Shown one piece after another: positions 46,861 through 56,577 of a stretch of 64,000 nucleotides of DNA (the stretch's first letter is position 1; the number at the start of each line of letters is the position of its first letter). The notes below the pieces were generated by a model. It worked only from the letters and a program-made list of their open reading frames with translations, was not told the DNA's origin and did no database searches. The stretch spans positions 15,400 to 79,399 of the forward strand of contig ONBM01000024.1 in the NCBI GenBank assembly GCA_900316045.1, given 5' to 3'. The stretch is from an uncultured Bacteroidales bacterium (GTDB taxonomy: Bacteria; Bacteroidota; Bacteroidia; Bacteroidales; UBA932). The translations under genes were made by a program, and so were the position numbers.

Positions 46861-48144
46861 TCAGAACAATTTGTCTACGCTGGAGATGATTTCTTCCTGC
46901 GTAAGATCCGGGCTCAGGATGAGGTCCGGATTTTTCATTTCGAAGCCTTTGCTGGTCGCGTTCAGCATTCCCGCGCCCGAGATGTTAAGCATCACTGTCT
47001 CGTCTCTCCTCACAACGCCCTCGTCCAATGCCTTTTTTAAGGCAGCGACGGCGCAGGCGGCAGCAGGGAAAATGTCATACCCCTCTTGGTTGAAGAATTG
47101 GAGCACCCAGTAAATTATTTCGTCATTTGTAATCTTGAAGAAATCCCCATTTGATTCTTTCAGAGTGTCGAAGAGTCCGCCGGCAATGCCGTAAGGCGGT
47201 TTCCTGTTAGACAGAACTTTGGCTAGTATGACTTCTGCGTTCCTTCGCGATTCTTCCGGAGTGATGGCTACGAGATCCCTGCTGCCGGCCTTCCAAGAGT
47301 CGTACATCAGCGTGTAGGGATAATTCTGGGCGCAGTAGATTCTCATGCTGTTTTTCCCGAAGCGCCCGTCTTTCTCAAGCCTTTTGGCGTTTTCCCATGC
47401 GGCTATTGCGCCAGTGCCGCTGCCTACGGCTTGGAAATATGCATCCGGGATTCTCCCGATTGCCTCGACCGCGCTTAAGACCGTTGTGCCCATGCCGTCT
47501 CTTCTGGCTATGTTCGTTGCTCCGCCCTCCAGTCTGTATTTTGGATCAGTGGCAAGCTTGTTACCCAGCGAAATGGCATCGAAATAATCGGTGCCGTGAG
47601 GAGTTGCGACAACTTTTACGCAAGATTTCAGCCTGCGGATGAACCACAGGTCGCTGATATTGTCGTGAGGGATGCAAATCACTAAAGGAATGTCATTATC
47701 TGAGCAGACCCTCGCGAATGCCCTGGCTGTGTTTCCGGCGGATTGCACGACCAGTATATGCTTGTCGTTCTTCTTGAGCCTTGCGCAGACAGAGAAAGCC
47801 TCGGTTTCCTTGAAAGAGCATGTTTCCATTCTCGCCCCGCGTTTTGGAACGTAACCGGAAACGGTAAGGTAGAGATTCTCCATGCCCAGTACCTCGGCAA
47901 GTCCTTTGCTCTTGTAGGTCACCGGAGCGTGAGACCGTCTCAGCGTCCTTGTGATGGGCAGCCACTCCGCATAGCGATACAGCCCTTTCAAATCATCCCT
48001 AGGGGTGAATTTCTCATTCTCGTACACTGCTCTGATAAGAGAGGGCGATTTTCCTTCCGGATCTGCAAGCAACCATCCCGTATCATCGAAGACACGGCCG
48101 GAGCCGACGTTCAATAGTCTGAATTTTGTTGGTTTGAATCTCAT
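46861..48144 (-). CDS. PLP-dependent threonine-synthase-like enzyme, possibly cysteate synthase
   Basis: A fold-type II PLP block (SFKETEAFS, with Lys) and SAGNTARAF. The N-terminal pattern LIRAVYE...YRYAEWLP resembles the cysteate synthase subfamily. The subfamily call is inferred. Confidence 0.5.
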   Translation of the reverse strand: MRFKPTKFRLLNVGSGRVFDDTGWLLADPEGKSPSLIRAVYENEKFTPRDDLKGLYRYAEWLPITRTLRRSHAPVTYKSKGLAEVLGMENLYLTVSGYVPKRGARMETCSFKETEAFSVCARLKKNDKHILVVQSAGNTARAFARVCSDNDIPLVICIPHDNISDLWFIRRLKSCVKVVATPHGTDYFDAISLGNKLATDPKYRLEGGATNIARRDGMGTTVLSAVEAIGRIPDAYFQAVGSGTGAIAAWENAKRLEKDGRFGKNSMRIYCAQNYPYTLMYDSWKAGSRDLVAITPEESRRNAEVILAKVLSNRKPPYGIAGGLFDTLKESNGDFFKITNDEIIYWVLQFFNQEGYDIFPAAACAVAALKKALDEGVVRRDETVMLNISGAGMLNATSKGFEMKNPDLILSPDLTQEEIISSVDKLF

Positions 48145-48150
48145 ATCTCC

Positions 48151-49146
48151 TTACAATTTTATAATCAGGTAAGTCATGTAGGCCGCCCCGCAGGCAAGGA
48201 ACAAGGCTCCGTCGAATCTGTCCAGGCAGTTGCGTTTTCCGGTGAAGGCGCTCAGCCAGATCAGGATTGTCGAGATGAACAATACGCCGAGGTCTACATT
48301 CGTCATGCCGGTGAAGGACAACGGATGAATGACGGCAGAGCCTCCGAGGATCAGCAGTATATTGAAAATATTTGATCCCAATATATTTCCGAGGGCAAGC
48401 TGCCCTTGATTTTTTGCGGCAGCCACAATGCAGGTCACGAGTTCAGGCAGAGATGTGCCTCCCGCAAGCAGGGTCACGGCGATGAATTTCTCGCTCACTC
48501 CACAAGTCCTGGCAATCTCCACTGCATTGTCTACGAACAGGTTTCCGCCATAGATAAGAAGGCCAAGACCGCACACCACCATCAAGATGGCGAGGAATAG
48601 GTTGCGAGTCTCCTTAGGCTGATGCTCTTCCACGGCCTGCTCTCTGCCTAACTTGAATGATTTTATCATGTAGTAGGCGAACAGAGCCAAGAATATGAAG
48701 CCAGACAACCTGGTGAGCATGTTCTCGTGCCCGACCAGGAAAGATAGCTTGTCTTCCACGCCGAAGAAGCTGCTAATGGAAAAGCTCCTGCCCAGAATGA
48801 TCAGGAGCAAGGTGATAGCTATGTTCTGCACGGCATCGACGTGCACATTGCTCTTCGTCATGGGCATGGGGCGGATCAGAGCCGTGATTCCGAGGATGAA
48901 AATAGCATTGAATATGTTCGAGCCAACGATGTTACCGACCGAGATGTCCGAAATGCCTTTGACTGCGGCTGAAAAGCTGACGACCATTTCCGGCGTTGAC
49001 GTTCCCATTCCTACGATCGTGAGACCAATTAGGAACTCACTAAGCCCTGCTTTTCTGGCTATTACGGTTGAACCATCGACTAAGAAATTTGATCCTATCA
49101 CGACCATCGCAAGTCCCACCAGAACCAGAAGTACTAGAAATGCCAT
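48151..49146 (-). CDS. calcium/sodium:cation antiporter (CaCA, YrbG family)
   Basis: Two alpha-repeats (GTSTPE, GTSLPE) within about 10 TM segments. Confidence 0.85.
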   Translation of the reverse strand: MAFLVLLVLVGLAMVVIGSNFLVDGSTVIARKAGLSEFLIGLTIVGMGTSTPEMVVSFSAAVKGISDISVGNIVGSNIFNAIFILGITALIRPMPMTKSNVHVDAVQNIAITLLLIILGRSFSISSFFGVEDKLSFLVGHENMLTRLSGFIFLALFAYYMIKSFKLGREQAVEEHQPKETRNLFLAILMVVCGLGLLIYGGNLFVDNAVEIARTCGVSEKFIAVTLLAGGTSLPELVTCIVAAAKNQGQLALGNILGSNIFNILLILGGSAVIHPLSFTGMTNVDLGVLFISTILIWLSAFTGKRNCLDRFDGALFLACGAAYMTYLIIKL

Positions 49147-49208
49147 CTTTTCAAGAATTTATCTTTTGTTAGGATGTCAAAGTTACTGAAATATTGCAAA
49201 ATTTCATA

Positions 49209-49216
49209 TAAATTTG
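49209..49216 (+). promoter_or_regulatory. -7 promoter box TAAATTTG
   Basis: Exact TAnnTTTG, 18 nt upstream of the ATG at 49234. Confidence 0.4.
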
Positions 49217-49233
49217 TGTAGAAAGCTCACTCT

Positions 49234-50556
49234 ATGATGTCCAGAATCCTTCGTCTATGCATGTTATGCACACTTTTCCTTGCCGGCGTTTTCATTGGGA
49301 ATGCCAGGGAGAAAGTCAAGATTTTCTACATCAGGCTCGACCACGACATCGACAATATAGCCAGGAACAGAATCACGAAAGCAATCGCTGATGCCGAAAA
49401 GTCTGAATCTGATTACTTCATCCTTGACCTTGATACTTACGGCGGGGAGCTGTCGGCCGCTGACAGCATCCGCAGCGCGATTCTTCGCTGCGAAATTCCA
49501 ACAGTTGCATTCGTGAATATGCAGGCGGCATCTGCGGGAGCACTTATCAGCATTGCCTGCGACTCAATTTACATGCGAGAGGGCAGTACGATCGGGGCTG
49601 CTACTGTCGTGAATGGCATCGACGGAAAGCCTATGACAGACAAATACCAAAGTTTCATGAGGGGGATGATGCGCTCGACAGCCGAAGCTACCGGAAGAGA
49701 TCCGCAGGTTGCCCAGAGCATGGTTGACACAGCCCATGTGCTCAGCATGACGCCTTCAGAGGCTATGAAGGCTGGATATTGCCAAGGAATATGTGATGAC
49801 AAAGATCAGGTTGCGGAAAGGCTGGCCGGGAGCAAAGAATACGAATATGTTGAATTCTCGCAGACTTCCGCAGAAAAGACAGCCGAGGCTCTGATGTCTG
49901 TCAGATTCATATTCCTGTTGATGATATTCGGCGGCCTCTACATTGAATTCAAGACCCCGGGAGTTGGCATACCTCTGATTATCGCCATTCTGGGGGCTAT
50001 CCTCTACTTCTCTCCGCTCTATGTCGTGCACCTGGCCCAGAACTGGGAAATCGCTCTATTCATAATCGGGCTAGTCCTGCTTGGCCTGGAGCTTTTCGTT
50101 ATCCCAGGCTTCGGAGCGTGCGGAATATTGGGAATCATTGCCATAGTCGTTTCACTCACTTTTGCCGCCATAGACAACAGCCAGTTATTCAAGTTCGACG
50201 GCTCATTCGACATAAAACCTGTCCTTATGCCATTCGGGGAGGTGATAATAAGTTTCGTTACCGCTGTATTCATAGGAATATATCTTGTCGGCAAACTGTA
50301 CCCGACAAGGGCCTTCAACGACATCGCACTTCGTCAGTCTCTGGAGGGTTCTGACGGTTTCGTAGGCGTGCAGACCGGGCTGGAAAGCCTGATTGGTAGG
50401 GACGTGACGGTTTTCACGGCGCTAAAGCCTTCTGGCAAAGTGATGTGCGACGGCAAAATTTACGATGCCGTGATTGATGTCGGCTACGCCAGCAAAGAAG
50501 AAATCCTGACCGTTTTCAAAGCCGAGCAAGGTCGGCTATACTGCAAAAGGAAATGA
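49234..50556 (+). CDS. NfeD family membrane protein (ClpP-class protease domain plus OB-fold C-terminus)
   Basis: Signal/TM segment, ClpP-like domain, a central four-TM block, and a C-terminal NfeD OB domain pattern. Confidence 0.75.
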   Translation: MMSRILRLCMLCTLFLAGVFIGNAREKVKIFYIRLDHDIDNIARNRITKAIADAEKSESDYFILDLDTYGGELSAADSIRSAILRCEIPTVAFVNMQAASAGALISIACDSIYMREGSTIGAATVVNGIDGKPMTDKYQSFMRGMMRSTAEATGRDPQVAQSMVDTAHVLSMTPSEAMKAGYCQGICDDKDQVAERLAGSKEYEYVEFSQTSAEKTAEALMSVRFIFLLMIFGGLYIEFKTPGVGIPLIIAILGAILYFSPLYVVHLAQNWEIALFIIGLVLLGLELFVIPGFGACGILGIIAIVVSLTFAAIDNSQLFKFDGSFDIKPVLMPFGEVIISFVTAVFIGIYLVGKLYPTRAFNDIALRQSLEGSDGFVGVQTGLESLIGRDVTVFTALKPSGKVMCDGKIYDAVIDVGYASKEEILTVFKAEQGRLYCKRK

Positions 50557-50558
50557 TA

Positions 50559-51968
50559 TTACAATCTTCTGGAGAGCGCACAGACGTTTTCTACGTGCTG
50601 GGTATGAGGAAACATGTCGACAGGCTGCACGGCAGTGATGTCGTATTTCTCGCATAGAATAGCAAGATCTCTAGCCTGCGATGCTGGATTACAGCTCACG
50701 TAGACGATTCGCTCTGGAGAAGCTTGTAATATAACTTTTGCAACGTCAGGATGAATGCCGGCCCTCGGAGGGTCTAGAATAATCACGTCAGGGTGGCCAT
50801 GGGCAAAGATGAAATCTGCATTCAGTACGTCTTTCATGTCCCCGGCGAAGAACTCGCAATTTGAGATTCCATTACATGCAGCGTTGATTCTCGCATCTTC
50901 AATGGCCTCCGGGACATATTCAATGCCAATCACTTTCGAAGCCTTCGAAGACACGAACTGAGCAATAGTGCCTGTGCCGGTGTATAAGTCATAGACTATT
51001 TCTTTGCCGATAAGCTGGGCGAACTCACGAGCCACGCTGTACAGCTTGTAAGCCTGACCGGAATTCGTCTGATAGAACGACTTCGGACCTATCCTGAAAT
51101 TCAGCCCTTCCATTGACTCACGAATGAACGGCTCTCCCTTATAAAGAACGCATTCCTGGTCACCTATAGAGTCATTCATCTTGGTGTTTATCACGTAGTA
51201 GAGAGAGGTCACTTGCTTAAATTCTTCTAGTACTGCGTTAAGTAACTTTTCTCGCCTCTCTTTGTCGTCGTGATAGAAGCACATTATGACCATCACGTCA
51301 CCAGCGTCGGTAGTGCGGATGAACATATTCCTGACAAAGCCCTGATTGTTACGAATATCGAAAAACTCCAGCCCATTCTTGACGCAATATTCCTTTATGA
51401 ATAGCCTGATTGCATTCGAAGGATCCCTCTGGAGAGCACAGTGTTTTATGTCCAGCACCTTGTCGAAAAATTTGCCAACATGGAAGCCAAGCCCGACTCT
51501 GTCGCTGTCTGGAATGCTCTCAGGATCCTCATCTTTCAATATCCAACGCTTGGATGAAAATGTGAATTCAAGCTTGTTCCGGTAGTATTGAGTCTTGTCG
51601 GAAGGCAGAGTAGGGCGAATCTCAGGCACATTTAGATGGCCAATTCTAACTAATTGGTCTTCAACCTGCTGACGCTTCGCTTCAAGCTGCATCGGGTAGG
51701 GGAGAGGCTGCCAGGTGCATCCTCCGCAAATCCCAAAATGCTCGCAGAATGGCTCCAGCCTGTCTTTTGAAGGAGTCACGATTTTCTCGATGAAACCTTC
51801 GTAATATTTCTTATTCTTCTTAGTCACCCTAATATTCACGACGTCTCCAGGCACTGCGAAAGGGACAAAAACCACGATACCATTCCAATGCGTCAGGGCT
51901 TTTCCCTCAGCAGCGCAAGCTTCAATAGTCTGATTTTCAAGTAATAGGTCAATTCTTTTGCGTGCCAT
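50559..51968 (-). CDS. rlmD: 23S rRNA (uracil-C5)-methyltransferase RlmD/RumA family
   Basis: TRAM N-domain, Fe-S cysteines (CEHFGICGGC), SAM motif DLYTGTGT, and C-terminal catalytic Cys in VYVSCNP. Confidence 0.85.
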   Translation of the reverse strand: MARKRIDLLLENQTIEACAAEGKALTHWNGIVVFVPFAVPGDVVNIRVTKKNKKYYEGFIEKIVTPSKDRLEPFCEHFGICGGCTWQPLPYPMQLEAKRQQVEDQLVRIGHLNVPEIRPTLPSDKTQYYRNKLEFTFSSKRWILKDEDPESIPDSDRVGLGFHVGKFFDKVLDIKHCALQRDPSNAIRLFIKEYCVKNGLEFFDIRNNQGFVRNMFIRTTDAGDVMVIMCFYHDDKERREKLLNAVLEEFKQVTSLYYVINTKMNDSIGDQECVLYKGEPFIRESMEGLNFRIGPKSFYQTNSGQAYKLYSVAREFAQLIGKEIVYDLYTGTGTIAQFVSSKASKVIGIEYVPEAIEDARINAACNGISNCEFFAGDMKDVLNADFIFAHGHPDVIILDPPRAGIHPDVAKVILQASPERIVYVSCNPASQARDLAILCEKYDITAVQPVDMFPHTQHVENVCALSRRL

Positions 51969-51970
51969 GA

Positions 51971-53659
51971 TTATTTTCTGGAAAAATTATTGACTAAGGA
52001 TTGAGAAACGTTGATCATGAAATCACCCATAGTTTCTAATTCCTCAAGCAAGTCTAGATAGTAATTAAGCGCAAGGAATTTTTCAGACTCCTTTTCTATT
52101 CTATTTATGCATTCATCCCGGAGCATATTCCTAGTGTCGTTAATGTCATCTTCGGCAGTTCCTGCATTGCTGATGTCAGTCAGAGACTTATCAACTGCCA
52201 AATGAATATTCCCAATCATCACTTTGTATGCGAACTCCACTTTGTCCACCAGCAGGTTGAGATTCTTGAGAGATTCTGCATCAAATTCCAGATTATGGGC
52301 GCGAAGCCTGTACAGATGGCGGCTTATGTTCATGCAACTGTCGCCGAGGCTTTCCAGCTCTCCAATGATCCTATAGAGTTTCTTCACCTCATCTGCTTCC
52401 TGGCCGCTCAAAGGTCCTTCGGACAACTGATTGAGGTAGGATGCGATCTCGTACTCGAACTTGTCTGTGATTTCCTCGCTTTTTACTAGCTTTTCCCTGT
52501 ACTCCTCGAATAGATCTGGATTCTTCTCATTGAGCGCAAGTTTCACGTACTGGTAACCCTCGTGAGCCGTCTCGGCGAAATTCAAAGTCTCTTTTAATGC
52601 TAATTCTATTGAAATAGTAGGGGTTACGCTCAATCTTCCGTTCCCTATGAATCTCAGCCTGAATTCGCCTTTCTGCTCGGCAGGCTCCTTGAAAATTTTA
52701 CGCAGAATGCCACCAATTATTTTCCTGAACCATATTAGGATGATTGCGGAGAATAAGTTGAATAAAGTGTGGACGGTAGCAATTTCATAAACCTCTGAAA
52801 TTTGCGGATTCACGCCTAGGAGAGAAATCAGCCAAATGCAAAGATTTATGAAAGGATTGAAGAATATGAGGACTAATATGCAGCCGACGACATTGAATAT
52901 GGTATGTGCCAGCGCAGCCCGTCTTCCTTGGACGTCTGCCTTTCCGACGGCTATGTTAGGCTGTAATGTAGTTCCTATATTGGCGCCAAGGACAATTGCG
53001 GCCCCGAGAGGGAAGGAGAGCCAGCCTGCAAAGCAGAGCACCATGGAAATGATTACCGTGACGCTGGAAGAACGAATGAGCCAGGTAAATAATATGCTGA
53101 GAATCCAGAATGTGATTATAGACCAGAACCCGTGACCGCTGAGGCTGTCTGTGATTGGCGCAGTGCCTGACATGGTGGTGAGGGCTTGAAGCGAAGAGTT
53201 CATGAATATGAGGCCGACGAATAAGAGGGCGAAACTTAGAAATATGTTGCCTAAGTTTTTGACGGTCTGATTCTTCAAGAGGCTCATTACGAAACCGATG
53301 CCAACCAGAATGAAAGCAAAGTAAGATATGTTTAAGTTAAAGCCTAAAATGCCTATCAGCCAGGGAGTTATGGTCGTACCGACGTTTGCGCCCATAATTA
53401 CTGCGATGCCTTGCTCAAGAGTAAGGGTGGCACCACTTACGAGTGTGACGACTACATAAGAAGTAATGCTTGAAGACTGGATTAGAGCGGTCATGCCGGC
53501 TCCAGAGAGGAATTGCTCGACGGCGCTTCCTGAACGCATGCTTTTTTCAAATTTCCGAAGTTTGTCTCCGCAGAGTTTCTGAAGTTCAGAACTCAGCATG
53601 TCCATTCCGAAGATGAAAAGCGCGATTGCGCCAAGAAGTGTCAGTATCTGTAATATCAT
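51971..53659 (-). CDS. Na/Pi cotransporter family protein with PhoU-like C-terminal domain
   Basis: Duplicated NaPi-II TM repeats (QSSS, GANIGTT) and a C-terminal helical PhoU-like region. Confidence 0.85.
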   Translation of the reverse strand: MILQILTLLGAIALFIFGMDMLSSELQKLCGDKLRKFEKSMRSGSAVEQFLSGAGMTALIQSSSITSYVVVTLVSGATLTLEQGIAVIMGANVGTTITPWLIGILGFNLNISYFAFILVGIGFVMSLLKNQTVKNLGNIFLSFALLFVGLIFMNSSLQALTTMSGTAPITDSLSGHGFWSIITFWILSILFTWLIRSSSVTVIISMVLCFAGWLSFPLGAAIVLGANIGTTLQPNIAVGKADVQGRRAALAHTIFNVVGCILVLIFFNPFINLCIWLISLLGVNPQISEVYEIATVHTLFNLFSAIILIWFRKIIGGILRKIFKEPAEQKGEFRLRFIGNGRLSVTPTISIELALKETLNFAETAHEGYQYVKLALNEKNPDLFEEYREKLVKSEEITDKFEYEIASYLNQLSEGPLSGQEADEVKKLYRIIGELESLGDSCMNISRHLYRLRAHNLEFDAESLKNLNLLVDKVEFAYKVMIGNIHLAVDKSLTDISNAGTAEDDINDTRNMLRDECINRIEKESEKFLALNYYLDLLEELETMGDFMINVSQSLVNNFSRK

Positions 53660-53734
53660 CAGCAGGGTAGGATTTCTTGTCCTTTACTTAACATAATGCA
53701 AATTGTATAACAATACGAGCAGGGAAGCCTGAGG

Positions 53735-54907
53735 CTACTTACCGGCAGAAATTACTGCCTCAGCCAGGCTGGCAGCATCGAATTTTCCCGGGGCATAGCC
53801 TTGCTTGAAAGATATTCCCTCGCTGAGAAGCTCGAATCCGGCATCGGCAGCCATGTCGTTCAGCAATTTTACGCTGGCGGCAGCCCAAGTGAATGACCCG
53901 AATGCAGCGAATTTTCTATTCTTGACGCCTCTGCCGGCCACGCCCTCCATGAACTGGCGGACAGGCGGGAAAATCTCCATGTTGTAGGTCGGAGAACCGA
54001 CGATGAGCGTATCGTATTTGAAAACGTCTCTTAATGCGTAGGAATAATCTTCTGCGGTCAGATTATGGATTCCATACGGGATATTCCTTTTCTCAAGCTC
54101 TGAGGCAATTGCCTTGGCCGCCTTCTCTGTGTTGCCATACATCGAGCCATAGGCCAGGCAGACTCCGCGTCCGGCCTTGTACTGGCTTAAATCATCGTAC
54201 AGCTTCACCACTTCAGGGATTTCTTTTTCCCACACAGGCCCGTGTACGCTGCATATTCTGTGAATATCAAGATTTCCAAGCTTTTTCAAGGCGGCCTGCA
54301 CAGGCTGCCCGTACTTCCCGACTATGGATGCGTAATAACGAATCATTTCTTCTTTATATTCATCGAAAAGATTTGATTCACAGTCGCTTATGCACGGAGG
54401 GGCAGCTTTATAGGAGCCGAATGCATCGCCAGGGAACAGGGTGTGCTCTTCGGCGCACCAAGTCGCCATGGTTTCCGGCCAATGCACCATCGGGATCATG
54501 AAGAACTGCAGCGACGTTTCACCCAGTTGCAAGGTCTCCCCTTCTTTTACTACATGGACGTTGTCGGTCAGTCCCTGATAGCCTTCGAGCATTTGAGCAG
54601 CCTTGGAATTAGCCACCACGGTGCACCCTGGATATTCATTTCTGATAAATGAGACGAGGGCGGAATGATCCGGCTCCATGTGGTTGATGACAAGGTAGTC
54701 GATTTTCCTATCCCCTAATTCGTTTTTGACGTTCCTGATGAATTCATCTGCGAAAGCCGCATCGACTGTGTCAAGCAAGGCAATCTTCTCATCTATGACA
54801 AGGTATGAATTGTAACTGATTCCTTCAGGTACCGGCCAATGGCTTTCAAATAGCTTCATCCGGAAGTCGTTCACGCCGGCGTAACGCACTCTTTCGCTTA
54901 ATTTCAT
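53735..54907 (-). CDS. FprA-family A-type flavoprotein (metallo-beta-lactamase plus flavodoxin domains)
   Basis: HMEPDHS di-iron motif and a C-terminal flavodoxin-like YGSMYGNTEK. Confidence 0.85.
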   Translation of the reverse strand: MKLSERVRYAGVNDFRMKLFESHWPVPEGISYNSYLVIDEKIALLDTVDAAFADEFIRNVKNELGDRKIDYLVINHMEPDHSALVSFIRNEYPGCTVVANSKAAQMLEGYQGLTDNVHVVKEGETLQLGETSLQFFMIPMVHWPETMATWCAEEHTLFPGDAFGSYKAAPPCISDCESNLFDEYKEEMIRYYASIVGKYGQPVQAALKKLGNLDIHRICSVHGPVWEKEIPEVVKLYDDLSQYKAGRGVCLAYGSMYGNTEKAAKAIASELEKRNIPYGIHNLTAEDYSYALRDVFKYDTLIVGSPTYNMEIFPPVRQFMEGVAGRGVKNRKFAAFGSFTWAAASVKLLNDMAADAGFELLSEGISFKQGYAPGKFDAASLAEAVISAGK

Positions 54908-54959
54908 TGCTGCATTGATTTTACGATATGCAAATTTAAGAAACTTCGTGGCTTTTTGC

Positions 54960-54967
54960 TAAATTTG
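54960..54967 (+). promoter_or_regulatory. -7 promoter box TAAATTTG
   Basis: Exact TAnnTTTG, 32 nt upstream of the ATG at 54999. Confidence 0.4.
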
Positions 54968-54998
54968 TGAAAGCAAAAGATGCCAATTAATTAAGAAT

Positions 54999-56318
54999 AT
55001 GCCCACAGATGATTCAATAAGAGTTAAATCTCGCATGCTGCCTCCCCTGGCTGAAAGAATGAGGCCTTCTTCGCTCGATCAATATGTAGGGCAGCGCCAC
55101 CTCGTCGGGAAAGGCTGCATATTAAGAAATATGATAGAGTCAGGGAATTTGTCCTCTTTCATTCTTTGGGGGCCTCCAGGCGTGGGAAAAACAACTCTTG
55201 CCCGGATCATCGCAAATTCCCTGTCGAGGGATTTCTACACCTTGTCTGCCATCAGTTCCGGCGTGAAGGACGTTCGCGATGTGATAGACAAGGCCAAAAG
55301 CTCTTCCGTTTTTTCCAACGGTACATCGCCTGTCCTGTTCATTGATGAAATCCATCGTTTCAATAAGGGGCAGCAAGATGCTCTGCTTGGGGCAGTTGAA
55401 AATGGTACGATAGTGCTGATAGGCGCTACTACCGAGAACCCTTCCTTCGAAGTCATCACTCCCCTCCTCTCCAGATGTCAGGTTTTTGTGCTGAAATCGT
55501 TGGAAGTCGCTGATCTTCAGCAAATTTTAGAAAGGGCTGTGAAGACGGACGTGCTGCTGAAAGAAAAAAACATCAAAGTGAATGAGACAGACGCTCTGTT
55601 CCGCTACAGCGGGGGCGACGGGCGTAAGTTATTGAATATACTGGAGATAGTGATTGATTCTCAGTCTGGTAATAAACAGATAGTAGTTGATAATAAGGCA
55701 GTTACTGCTAGCATTCAGGAAAATTCCGCGATCTATGACAAAGACGGAGAGATGCATTACGACATAATTTCCGCCTTCATAAAGTCAATCCGCGGCTCCG
55801 ATCCTAATGCTGCCATATATTACCTGGCTCGCATGCTGGATGGCGGCGAGGATCCCCTTTTCATCGCACGCAGGCTCTGCCTCTCTGCTTCCGAGGATGT
55901 GGGGCTGGCGAATCCGAACGCACTGCTGCTCGCCAATGCTTGTTTCCAAGTGGTGCATGAAATAGGAATGCCGGAGGCTAGGATCCCTCTGGCAGAGACC
56001 ACTGTGTATTTAGCATCTTCGCCGAAGAGCAACACTGCCTATATGGCTCTGGAAAAGGCTCTTGGTCTTGTGCGCCAGGATCATTCGGGCTCCGTTCCGC
56101 TATATCTTCGCAACGCCCCGACTAAGCTCATGAGCGAGTTAGGCTACGCAGACGGCTATAAATATGCCCATGATTATCCGGGGCATTTCGTCGATTTGGA
56201 ATTCATGCCGAAGGGTCTTGAGGGAACCGTCTTCTACGAACCTGCACAGAATCAGCACGAAGACCGCTTAAAAGCCTACCTTGAAGCCTGCTGGCCGAAA
56301 TACTACAAACCAGAATAG
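54999..56318 (+). CDS. rarA: replication-associated recombination protein A (MgsA/RarA AAA+ ATPase)
   Basis: LAERMRP..LD.YVGQ.HL, Walker A GPPGVGKTT, FIDEIHRFNK, and the C-terminal MgsA domain. Confidence 0.9.
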   Translation: MPTDDSIRVKSRMLPPLAERMRPSSLDQYVGQRHLVGKGCILRNMIESGNLSSFILWGPPGVGKTTLARIIANSLSRDFYTLSAISSGVKDVRDVIDKAKSSSVFSNGTSPVLFIDEIHRFNKGQQDALLGAVENGTIVLIGATTENPSFEVITPLLSRCQVFVLKSLEVADLQQILERAVKTDVLLKEKNIKVNETDALFRYSGGDGRKLLNILEIVIDSQSGNKQIVVDNKAVTASIQENSAIYDKDGEMHYDIISAFIKSIRGSDPNAAIYYLARMLDGGEDPLFIARRLCLSASEDVGLANPNALLLANACFQVVHEIGMPEARIPLAETTVYLASSPKSNTAYMALEKALGLVRQDHSGSVPLYLRNAPTKLMSELGYADGYKYAHDYPGHFVDLEFMPKGLEGTVFYEPAQNQHEDRLKAYLEACWPKYYKPE

Positions 56319-56547
56319 CCGCGGGGGGTCTCAGGGGGCAGAGCCAGTCGCGGTCACGCGACCGGCGGAGGCCGGGCAATCGCGAGGCGAGTAGCCAAGC
56401 GAATGCCACAAGGCCGGGAGCCGCGGGGGTTCTCAGGGGGCAGAGCCAGTCGCGGTCACGCGACCGGCGGAGGCCGGGCATTTGCGAGGCGAGTAGCCAA
56501 GCGAATGCCACAAGGCCGGGAGCCGCGGGGGTTTTCAGGGGGCAGAG
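56317..56547. repeat. GC-rich tandem repeat, 102-bp period, two full copies plus a 27-bp partial copy
   Basis: Units start at 56317, 56419 and 56521. The first overlaps the rarA stop codon. Each unit contains the palindrome GTCGCG-gtca-CGCGAC. Confidence 0.9.
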
Positions 56548-56577
56548 CCCCCTAATAGCAGGGGGGCAGAGCCCCCT
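56537..56577. other. two adjacent GC hairpins, AGGGGGC-aga-GCCCCCT
   Basis: 56537-56553 and 56560-56577. The second overlaps the stop codon of the minus-strand OMP gene. Neither strand has a U-run, so they are not canonical terminators. Confidence 0.7.

Noticed and set aside
56203-56511. A 102-aa minus-strand ORF running through the 102-bp repeat.
   Set aside because: The reading frame exists only because the repeat period is a multiple of 3. It overlaps the rarA 3' end antisense and has Arg/Leu/Pro-rich low-complexity composition.
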